A stretch of 64,000 nt of DNA from Tubiluchus corallicola. Its lineage: Eukaryota; Animalia; Priapulida. Shown here in pieces: positions 23,864-35,305 of the stretch. A program made the position numbers and the translations under genes. The stretch lies in assembly GCA_030141605.1 (NCBI GenBank), contig JAQGDQ010000103.1, positions 310,001 to 374,000 of the forward strand. The letters run 5' to 3'. The notes below the pieces were generated by a model that was not told the origin of the DNA, did not search any database, and was given only the letters and a program-made list of their open reading frames with translations. Position 1 is the first letter of the stretch. Every line of letters begins with the position of its first letter.

Positions 23864-26091
23864 TGTAACGGATCCGGGTCCTTTTCAGGCGCCGATCCGT
23901 CTCCTCAGAATGTATCGAGCGGCATACAAGTTATGAAAGTATTACAGCAGACGAGAAAAGTAAAAAGAGTACGAATACGAGTGTAAATTTAACTTTATTG
24001 CACAACCGGTAACTCCAAAAGAATGACATGTGAACAGACTTTGTATAAAAAAATCAGCAAACCTACAGCAATCACCTTTACAGACAGAAAGGCCAGGTTG
24101 GAATCGTCAAATTACGGCATGCATTCTGTTTTATACAGGTACATTTGCATTACTGGGCTTCTCGACTATACCCATTACTAACATTATGGGGTTAGTCAAA
24201 ACCCGTCTTCGTAACACTACCCCTTCCTCAATTTCCATTTGTCCACAAATGAGTTACAGCAAATGCAAATGCAATTAAATTGTACTCTAGTTGAACCCAA
24301 CAAAAGTCATTCAAAGTTGAGCAAATCAGTTTAACAAAATAATCAAAATTGTAAACAGCACTAGTACAAATATGTAAAAACCCGGCTTTAGCAAATCTAT
24401 CCAGGTTTATGACAGCATAAAACTGAAAACGGTGAGTTGATAATCCTTTTTCCTGTGGGAACAGATCAATGATCCACTTCTTGTGAGTGCAGTGTAGCGC
24501 CATCTAGCGAGACTGTCCCAAAAAACAATACAGTCAGTCTTTAAACAGAAACCAGTCTTTGCACATCACGCTATCGGCAAAACAGGCCTTGAAACGAAAA
24601 AAACATTCTACTAGTTACTTCCGAGGCACTGAGACAACCTCTATGATGTGGTACATTGTGAACAGTCTATAGAAGTTCTCCTGGGGCGTCGGTAGGGATT
24701 CGAACCATCTGTCTGCCCGGTGAAATAAAGTAGTTGCGATACTTGCGAAGGTGTAGGGTACTCCAGCCATGTGCTACAACGGTATTGTACTCCTAGCCAT
24801 AAACCATGTCTTTGACGGTACTCCATAATAGACTCGTGTCCGTCATAATAGACTCGTGTAGCAATCGAAGTTTCGACCTGTCTTCCCTCAGTGAACGAAA
24901 TAGGCATACTGACAAGCTTACTGCAACAGACTCGGCACATAAAGAGGAATAAAGACGAAACAAATTTACAAACAAGGTACTGCTGTACAACAACAACAGC
25001 AAAGTAGAGAAAAACGATTAATCTTTTTAAACTGCTTCAACGTTCTGGCTTCGCAAAAGCTACCGAAAACCGGTTCAACTTTGACCAGTGACGTACAGTT
25101 AAAAAGACGAGCATCAAGTGTTCACAACTGCATAATCTTAGCTAGCTGAACACAACAGAGCCCCATGTTGAAAAGCGTGTTCTGGCATCCTAGCCATTAC
25201 GGAACACTAAACTACCATTTAAAAACAGTGTTCTGGCAACCTAGCCATTACGGAACACTAAACTACCAATTAAAAACAGTGTTCTGGCATCCTAGCCATT
25301 ACGGAACACTAAACTACCATTTAAAAACAGTGTTCTGGCATCCTAGCCATTACGGAACACTAAACTACCATTTAAAAACAGTGTTCTGGCATCCTAGCCA
25401 TTACGGAACACTAAACTACGGTGACTCGCTATACATGCAAAGTCACAAAATGGCTGTACGTCTCCTATTCCTAAATACAGGCTAATATCGCCTCATTGGG
25501 AACTCGATAAAAACATAGAACTGTTTAAGCTAAGGCCGATGCTGCCTGTCGCATAAAGGCCGTTCAATTGCCTTTCAACATAAAAGGTAAAAACACGAAA
25601 CTGTCTACAAAAACACAAAAAAAACACGCCGAGTAGTACAGACAAGCTGTCTGCCTAAAGCAAAATGCAGCACTCACCAAACCCAATAATGTCGATCCAT
25701 TCCAGGCGGCAATTTCGGATCCCACTTATGTGCACCAGTGTAACGGATCCGGGTCCTTTTCAGGCGCCGATCCGTCTCCTCAGAATGTATCGAGCGGCAT
25801 ACAAGTTATGAAAGTATTACAGCAGACGAGAAAAGTAAAAAGAGTACGAATACGAGTGTAAATTTAACTTTATTGCACAACCGGTAACTCCAAAAGAATG
25901 ACATGTGAACAGACTTTGTATAAAAAAATCAGCAAACCTACAGCAATCACCTTTACAGACAGAAAGGCCAGGTTGGAATCGTCAAATTACGGCATGCATT
26001 CTGTTTTATACAGGTACATTTGCATTACTGGGCTTCTCGACTATACCCATTACTAACATTATGGGGTTAGTCAAAACCCGTCTTCGTAACA
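23864..26091 (-). mobile_element. Intact non-autonomous LTR retrotransposon (TRIM/LARD-like, gypsy-type signals), 2228 bp
   Basis: Direct repeats 23864-24216 and 25739-26091 (353 bp each, TG...CA ends, no difference seen by eye); 4-bp TSD ATAT. On the minus strand: PBS TGGTGCACATAAGTGGGAT (25719-25737) resembling a tRNA-Leu PBS, PPT GAGGAAGGGGTAG (24217-24229), and TATAAAA and AATAAA within the LTR. No gag/pol ORF. Confidence 0.92.
25171..25418. repeat. 51-bp tandem repeat, about 5 copies, inside the LTR element
   Basis: Unit tgttctggcatcctagccattacggaacactaaactaccatttaaaaacag starts at 25178, 25229, 25280, 25331 and 25382. Confidence 0.95.
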
Positions 26092-26464
26092 ATATTAATA
26101 ATCTTTTCTTTCGTTTAAAGTTTTGGACTGTTTGTAGTTCATAATGCTAACTGTTGCTGCAAAAAATTTGCTCAAGCGCCAGGCGCGATAACTGTTTAAT
26201 AACAGTGTTTATAGTCAGCAACCAGATGACGTCATTTTTTTTTCAAAATGAGCGCTTTAGCTTGAAGTGATCATGATTCTAAATTAATTTTACTGATTAC
26301 ACGACGCGCTTATTATAATTTTATTGCTGAAACATTCTAAACGTTTTTTCCAGATATTAAAATAAACTCAACTTCCCAAGAAACTTGACTTTTACTTTAA
26401 CTGTGCGTTTTTCTGTAGTTATAACCATTACAAAAATAGGCAGCACATGTAACAATAAAAAGAT

Positions 26465-26536
<72 letters not shown>

Positions 26537-27030
26537 CGTAGAAGCAGTAACAGCAGCAGCAGCAGCAGCAGCAGCTGTCATTATCGAGTCGCAATGATAG
26601 TCGTGGCGGTAATAGCTGTGGTAGTGATAATAGTACTGAAGTGGTGGTGGTGGTGGTGGTGGTGGTGGTGGTGGTGGTGGTGGTGGTGGTGGTGGTGGTG
26701 GTGATGGTGGTGGTAGTGGTAGTGGTAGTGATGGTAGCTGTACTGGAGTGGTAGTGGTAGTATTGGTTAGTGGTGGTGGTCATGGTAGTGGTAGTTGTAG
26801 TGATAGTGGTTGTAGTAGAAATTGTGGTGGTAGTGGTAAGTGGTGGTGGTCACAGTAGTGGTAGTGGTATGTGGTGATAGTAGTGATAATAGTGGTGGCG
26901 GCGGCGGCGGCGGCGACGACGACGGTGGTGGTGCTAGTACTACAGTAGTACTAATGATACTGCTAGTGGTAATGGCAGTGGCAATGGTGGCGATGTTGGT
27001 GGTGTTGGATAGTGGTAGTATAGTAGTAAC
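26465..27030. repeat. Compound trinucleotide repeat (TAG/CAG/TGG/CGG)
   Basis: Directly visible. Confidence 0.95.
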
Positions 27031-27773
27031 GTGATTTTAGTTTCAACATATTAACGTAAGGCAGCAATTGTGGCTACATGTATTTACTTTTTTAATAAAT
27101 GCGTGTGTCATACGCTGCTACTCTTGTGCTAAGTAAACACAACATGAACTATAAATTATTGAGCTAAAAAGCACTTAGTGGAACATTAATTATACATGTT
27201 GGAAATACGTACAAACATAGAAGCAAAATTTTACAGGGAAATCTCGATATTTCGGTCAAAAAATGTGCTCTATCCAGGTCTTCCAAGAGAATTTTGCAAG
27301 GCGGTAAAAGAGCTCTTTGGGGCTCCGAGGTAGGCAAAGACTTTTCTCAAAATTCTGGGATTTGATGTTCAATAAATCTACATGAAAACTGTCATAAATG
27401 CTTTATTTTCATGATCAGATATTACATAATGTAACAAACATACTCAGTTAATACAGTAACATAAATCAGTGTTTACGGTTAATTCACCAATCACCTTTCA
27501 GGTTTTTTCATAGTGAAATGCATGTGTAAAACGCATGTGTCTGACTCATGCGTCAAAACGCACCATGTAAATAGGCCCGAATAATATTTGCGCTGTGTTA
27601 GAAGTAGTAATTGGCATTCGCCTTTGATTTTGTATCACGGTCACCTCTACAACCTCACGTGCATGTATGTTATCACGTGCTGTACAACGTAAGAGCGTAT
27701 ATATTATGTGTACGTCACTTCGACTCAATTGACAGTTAAAAGTTGTGATACTAATTATATTTATATGCCGTTG

Positions 27774-28589
27774 GTTATTAGAGATTGAATCTGAGACTCA
27801 CTAAGAGCACTAAACATGTAGCAGTCATTCGAATTTATGTTGCAGCACTAATAACCAGATATTGACAGTTTGTGATGTAAAAATCAGCTTCGTAGCATAA
27901 TGAGGCAGCAGGGTTTGAACTGGCTTTCACTCACGTGTATGGAAAACGTCATACTGAAGACTTTGACTTCAAGTCAATTGTTATTCCGCTGTTCGAAAAA
28001 CAAATTACACAACTTTTTCAATCTCGTACTTACCTAATGAATAACTTAATCTTGTGCCTATGGAGCTTATAGATGATGTATCTACTCTTTGAAAGGCTTT
28101 TATAATTTTAGTTTATACTTGTTATTAGAGATTGAATCTGAGACTCACTAAGAGCACTAAACATGTAGCAGTCATTCGAATTTATGTTGCAGCACTAATA
28201 ACCAGATATTGACAGTTTGTGATGTAAAAATCAGCTTCGTAGCATAATGAGGCAGCAGGGTTTGAACTGGCTTTCACTCACGTGTATGGAAAACGTCATA
28301 CTGAAGACTTTGACTTCAAGTCAATTGTTATTCCGCTGTTCGAAAAACAAATTACACAACTTTTTCAATCTCGTACTTACCTAATGAATAACTTAATCTT
28401 GTGCCTATGGAGCTTATAGATGATGTATCTACTCTTTGAAAGGCTTTTATAATTTTAGTTTATACTTGTTATTAGAGATTGAATCTGAGACTCACTAAGA
28501 GCACTAAACATGTAGCAGTCATTCGAATTTATGTTGCAGCACTAATAACCAGATATTGACAGTTTGTGATGTAAAAATCAGCTTCGTAG
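27774..28589 (+). repeat. 347-bp tandem duplication (about 2.35 copies) containing a hAT transposase dimerisation-domain remnant
   Basis: Units start at 27774, 28121 and 28468 and look identical. The full units encode KNQLRSIMRQQGLNWLSLTCMENVIL, similar to the hAT C-terminal KNxLRSTMxQxRLNxLSLxxIE. A GC-rich hAT-like end lies at 28947-28993. Confidence 0.85.
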
Positions 28590-29112
28590 TTTGATTAATC
28601 AGCGTTTGATTAATTGCCCATTGTACTTATTATAAATGTACTTATGATTGTAATGTTCTTGGCAAATAAAAATATTTATATAAGTAAGTCAATTATAAAG
28701 AAATTCTTTGCAAAGAAATTTCATAATGTCTGTGTTGAACACTTGTATCATTTAGAATTATGTTGAATTTTTTGTGTTTTTCAAGTCTCATGTCACATTG
28801 CTCAAACATTTGTGTTGATTAATCTTTGCTGTACTGTACATGTTTTTAACATTTAAACACTAATTTCGGAAGTGCCAATATAATAAATATATACTTATTT
28901 TTATCGACTATTTACATTTATATTCCTGTAAGTGGTTTTGTAGGTAGGGGCCCCGGCGCACTGCTTTTCCCGGGGGCTTATAATGCTATTAAGTTCTTAT
29001 AGTTGTACAAACTTACTAAATAATGTTTTGTATTGAAAACACATTTTTGAGTATTTAGAAACCTTAAAGACGTTTACTGTGGCACATGGGGGGCATATGC
29101 CCTGGCATTGGC

Positions 29113-29180
29113 AGCCCCTAGATTCGAACTCAAGGCTGCGTAGTTGCAGTCCGAAATCTAAACCACTCGGCTACCCAACC
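29113..29180 (-). mobile_element. tRNA-derived SINE head / tRNA-like fragment
   Basis: Minus strand ggTAGCCGAGTGGtttag...gaGTTCGAATCt has A and B boxes but no proper cloverleaf. Confidence 0.5.
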
Positions 29181-29286
29181 GAGGACAAATAAAAGACCTT
29201 TATAAGATAAAAGATTATACGGAGAGTGATAAGCGAGATACCACACATGATGATAGACATGATACAGAGAATGATACCAGACATAC

Positions 29287-29650
29287 CTAAATGCTCGAGT
29301 TGAAAACTGCACCCTGGTCCAATGAAAACACTAACATTAACTGAGTAGTACACGTCAGCAGCTATTCCCCCTACCAAACCCGGATCACACGTCTTCCCCC
29401 CGTCTCGGTAGATGTAATTCAACATGATGTCGTACGGTTCCAGTAGCTCTCTTGCTTTCTCCAACCCGATGTCAATTGCTGCTCCAGCCAAGGTCAGATC
29501 AAATGGCAGGCTGCCCTTGTTCACAAGAATGGTTACTATTGTAGCATTGTACAGCAGTCCCGTAGAAAACGAAAACGACGTAATGAAGACTAAAAAATAC
29601 AGCGGTAACAGCCGCGGCATCATCTCTTTGATGACGGCGCATCTACTCAT
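29287..29650 (-). CDS. NPR-like receptor coding exon 1 (signal peptide and start of ectodomain)
   Basis: MSRCAVIKEMMPRLLPLYFLVFITSFSFSTG...AGAAIDIGLEKA...VFIGPGCSFQLEHLG; donor G|GTATGT, phase 1. Confidence 0.88.
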
Positions 29651-30239
29651 ACATGCTCAAAATTTACACGCTTTTGTTTTTGTTATTTCAAATCAGATTC
29701 TGCGAATTTTTCTAAGACATCTTAATTGCTCAAGTTTGTGAATGGTGGAACCCTGGTTCAACATGTTTCGTTTCTTGGGTTCTTCGTCAGCGTATTAAAT
29801 ATTAGATGTTAGCAGGAAGAACAATTTTTGTGTTTCTTGTGGATTTCGTGCCACGTCAGTCAAAATCGATGTAACTTGGGTGCTTAAGTGAAATCGAGTC
29901 GATTTCGATGTTTGCGTAGAAGTTTTTGCGTCCAATCGCTCAGCACAAATGCTTCAGTAACGTACTCCAACCGAAGACAACTGGAACTGAAGCCAGGTTC
30001 AGTCCTGTTTAGTTTCATGCGCCTCAAGTGAAGCCAGTGACGTTGTTGACGCAAGACACGCCTGATCAGATTTATGCGCGGGGACAAATATTGAATCGTC
30101 GTGTTTTGTGTAAATACGCATTAAGACTGGCCCATTCATGGGCAATTAAAGCGCTTTTTTGCTAAAGAAACGTTACGTGGCTCTTTTCCACAACGATTTG
30201 GCTAACCTTTCGTGTTTCAGCATATCGCTGATAGATATG

Positions 30240-31065
<826 letters not shown>

Positions 31066-32487
31066 TGGATGCGTATACAACTTCCTTTAATAACATCTTT
31101 GAGGTAAATGAAGCCTAGAAGTCATTTTTGCCGGCGATCATCCATCTCTGATGCGGGTCTGTGTGGGTTTACGGCTTGGTAGACTTCATCCCTCTAACTA
31201 GAAACTTATCACAAGCAGTAGGATCAATTTTCTACTGCGTAAAAAAGAACTAGCAGCTGTATTTGGCCGGTCTCATCAACTGTGCTGTCCACACAAGGTG
31301 GTTACGTGATAATCAGGCCTGCACAGTCCCAGCTACCGAGCGTCACAAATTCAACGCACACCCTCTACCGTCCGTATTGTAATTGAACCGAATTAATAAC
31401 ATCTGACCAATTTGCCCTGAGTGGTACATTAATGTAGTCACGTATGCGTTAAATTACTCTGTACATTATGCATTATAGTTAGATATTTGCACGGTGAAAG
31501 CCTCCGTGCACGACAAGGTTACTGTGGGCTCGAAGACTGAAGTGTTTGTGGAGCGGTCATTGTTTAGTATGCTGAACAGTCAATAAGTGAACCAACAGAT
31601 CGAGTTACCATACCTAGTTTTTTTTTGAGGGCCCAGCTGTCATTTGAAAACCGATCACTGAGCTAAAGATGGTCAGTCACTGCTGACTGGACACATCACT
31701 ACTGTAACAGCTGAAGTGATACTGAGATGTCCAGTTTATCGCCACCTGGTCTCCAGAAAAATTGGCAAATTTGTCTATAAGCGCTAACAGCTAACGCCGA
31801 TTACTAACGCTATTGAATCACTGGCTGTTAAGTCGAATGGTATTTTAGCAAGTGTTAGAGCTATCTAAGAATGCTGCTTTGTTAATAATCTAGCCGTTAT
31901 GGTGAGATTATCATACCATAATGGTTAACAAATCTGACTAGTGCCCCAAGTTCAAGTTCCCATGTTACTACCTGAAAAATTTCTCTTCTAATTTATTGCT
32001 TATACGTCTTAGACAGTATTAAAGTCATTATTATTTTGTCTTCATCGTCTTAATATTCACTTAATTACTTGTAGATATGTTAATTTTGTAAATAAGGTGT
32101 ATCATAATTTATTAATTTCCGGTAATTTTGTAATAGAATAGTTTATTTTTTCCGTTGCATTAGTTTTAGACGGCAATATTGACAATATTCAGTCAGTCAC
32201 ATACGTTGTATGCTAGTAGACTGGCATACTGCCTCGTGCAAGCAATAGCAATATACATTTCTTACGTGCATTGTGTTTTTACTTTGTATATGTGTGTAAG
32301 TTTTTAATTGGCAAATTAAGATTTTATATATATCTATCTATTGTCAATTAAGAAATCTATCTATATACTAATTAAACCTATTAAACTTCGCCCAAAGTGC
32401 AAATCTGCAATTATTATACAGTTGAATGTCTCATAACTTCATTTTTCAATTACCCCCATGTTAAAAGAGCAATCGTCAGTTGTGTTT

Positions 32488-32925
32488 CACCAGTGATACA
32501 CTTCACGTAAAGTTTCTCTCTTCTGTTACGACCTTATTCTGTTAACAAAGTGTTTCAGTTCGCCAGTGGTACATTTTGCCAGCACACATTTCGCCAGTAG
32601 TACAATTTGCCAGTGCACTTACAAGCTTCATAGCATCAAATCAGTGTTTTATACTTTACCAGCAATTGTTCATTAGTCCATCATTCACTAGGAAAGTGTG
32701 TACTGGCAAAAGGTACAACTGGCAGTACAGCAAAATGAAACATTTTAAAAGAATGAAGTCATAACATAGCAGCGAAAATTTATTGACAAAATGTACCCTG
32801 GCAAATGGTACCACTGGAAAACTGTACCCTATACCAGTGGTGAAGTGTACCACTGGTAACTGTACAACTGGCAAATGGTATCACAAGCAAAATCTACTAC
32901 TGACAGTATGTTCACTGGCGAAGCG
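32488..32925. repeat. Foldback-like element made of inverted arrays of a ~15-bp unit
   Basis: Left arm repeats tttgccagtggtaca-like units; right arm repeats tgtaccactggcaaa-like units. Confidence 0.65.
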
Positions 32926-33184
32926 ACATACATTCATTTTACATAAACGTATAAACCATCTGGACATTTCAATTTTCAGGCGAATCCTCGCGGAGTTCTT
33001 AAAAGACAAGAAAAGGGGTATCTGAAGTAGGTTTCAGAAAAATCGTCTTAAAAATTATGTTACTTTACAGGAGTTTTATGCATATATCGTACTCGCGTTG
33101 AACGGAATTTTTGTTCGTTTTCATTTTAAATCTCCTCAATACTGTTCCGATGGCGCCATTACATGACGTCACTGCGCAAACATA

Positions 33185-33652
33185 AATCAGGGAAAGAAAA
33201 GGCAATGTTAAATTATGTCCGAAAAAACTTTCCATGCAAATCTTTATTACTTAACATTTCGCTTACCTGCTGGAAAGACTTATGTAACTAGGAATAATAA
33301 TTTATAATGTTCGTACAATTGGTAAAATGTCGCCCTCCAGTGCACCACTCACTAACCAAAAATGCATTTCTAATCTTATTGACAAGATACAGTAATTTAA
33401 AATTTTATTTTGTAAGTGACATGTGTGCTACGAATGCTCTGATTATTTTCAAACTTCACGCAATATTCTCTAAACTTAATTCAAACGACCTACCATTAAA
33501 ATGGCTGCGCCTAACGGTTATCGCGGGAGTTTAAATTTACAAGTTTTATACAGCGTTGCGGCCGATGCAAACCCCGCATGGCAAAGGCCAGTAAGTAAGT
33601 GGTACAAAATTTCGAGACGCTTTATGTAAGTGGAGGGTTTTTTGTGCTTTAA
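33185..33652 (+). mobile_element. TTAA-flanked MITE family A copy
   Basis: Same body as other family A copies; ends ttttgtgctTTAA. Confidence 0.72.
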
Positions 33653-34912
33653 ACAATTTTATTATAGCCTTGGCGTTTTCTTGCAAAAGATGAGATAAGT
33701 GCTAAGAGTTTGTAAAATCACATTTCACTCTAACATGGTATTGGTTTCATAAGAAAAAAATGGCATAACAAAAACGCTGCAATGAAATTTTCTTCTGAGA
33801 AAAAATATTCGTAGATTCAAGTGACTGAGTTTAAACTGCAAATTCACATTTTTGAAAGAAAACCATTTTTTGTAAGAGCACTATTGCTTCAATTGTGCCA
33901 ACACTCCCCTCTGTCACTTTGGTTACATCCTACTTGCATCACTATTTAACTGTTAGCCTCCGCCCATTCTGGGCTTCCCTGTTGTAGGCCAGCTGTAACG
34001 TTACCACCTTAAGCTGATGAGTCTATTTGTCATGAAACTTCTTTACTGTTTTCAGTAAAATAGTTTATTTTGTTTAAATCGGGTGCAGTTTGATGTTTTC
34101 TATCAGTGATCTCATATTTTTGGTGCCGTGACAGCACTTCTTGCATGCTGATGCTTATAGTAACTCGGTGGTGCCACCTACGTTCTATTATGCAAATTAA
34201 ATTGCTAGCAGTTGATACGGGCGCCACCTATAAAGGAAGCAAACAGTTAAAGAAATTGTTTCACGGTACTGCCGCCCTCTGTGGCCCAGATCATTTAAGT
34301 TAACAGTGATGAAAGTACTTCATACTTTATCTCATATTTTAGAAGCAAGCTAAAATGGTGACCTATATTTAATTCTACATAACTTAATAACCAAATAAGT
34401 AATTATGTAAAAATACATGCATATCTAAAGTTTTTCCATTTTTTCAAAAACAACATTCAACATTCAAATTTAACCTTTTTTGTAGCAGCTAGTAATATTT
34501 AATGTAGCTAATGTGTAATGTATTGAAATGACATACTGTCGGATGAATCCATCAACATACTATTAAACAGTTTCAAACACGCAATGACAATAAAAAATTT
34601 ACTTGCAAGAATGTTAGTTTAAGCTTCATTTCAACCAAAATTGATTGATAGTTTTATTATACAAATTTCTGTATCACTGTACACAAACCATATTTCGTTT
34701 AAATTAAAACAATGTGATAATTATGACTTTCTTTACTAAATAAACAATACAGCATTCAGCTCTAAACTTAGTGACAATGTTTAAAGGAAACGAAATACAA
34801 TGGTTTGAAGCACTGCACTTGACATAGTATCATAATTTATAGTACTAATGATATTTATATCTGACAATACTAATGCTGTTTAAGAAAGGAGTCTGAATCA
34901 AGCAATAAATAC

Positions 34913-35229
34913 TTAAGGGAAACCTGGACCCCATCTTAAACTGTAGCTCAAGCAAACTACTCTAAAAATATTGCTGAAGTGCACATGTTTGAGAGCTCGG
35001 GTGAGTGCCGAGTTTTTGCATATCATACTGAATGTTGTATAGTAGCACTGTACTTCAATTTTCACTTTCACAAACACATGCAACACACTTGTAGAACATA
35101 TGCTCAGTTGTGATGTCAACACAAGTTTTAGGCTAGCCGGTCATTAATTAAGTCTTTAACCTATTATTTAACTAACAGATACACTTGTATACTTTTTACC
35201 ATATGAAAAATCATCACGTTTTCCTTCAA
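34913..35229 (+). mobile_element. Internally deleted family B MITE just downstream of the RECQL5 stop
   Basis: TTAAGGGAAACCTGG ... aaaaatcatcacgttttccttcaa. Confidence 0.68.
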
Positions 35230-35305
35230 ACTTCTTTGTGAGATGCAATTGTTTTACTTATTTGTATTATATTATTAAAAGTGCTAACCGACTACATAGC
35301 AATTA

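Larger units (their letters stand above)
170..29650 (-). other. Gene span: natriuretic peptide receptor-like (NPR/GC-A type) single-pass receptor, probably a receptor guanylyl cyclase; 3' (intracellular) part lies beyond the window start
   Basis: Eight exons join in frame with consistent phases: 29287-29650, 11345-11481, 10534-10729, 5956-6116, 4801-4935, 3897-4035, 2550-2777, 170-257. They encode a signal peptide, an ANF-receptor ectodomain (FIGPGCS, AAYWNLPLIT, YSTLTRL, GWRHIAIIYD, MWNQTFKGVTGNVVVDDQGDRDSDF), the juxtamembrane PPCGYRGDGC and a TM helix. The cyclase domain is not visible in the window. Confidence 0.9.

Noticed and set aside
25171-25418. CRISPR-like array of palindromic repeats
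   Set aside because: The sequences between the hairpins are essentially identical rather than unique spacers, there are no cas genes, and the array lies inside a eukaryotic LTR element.
24030-26144. Duplicated ORF MNRLCIKKSANLQ... (24030 and 25905) as a gene pair
   Set aside because: Both are the same LTR sequence, antisense to the element, and start at GTG.
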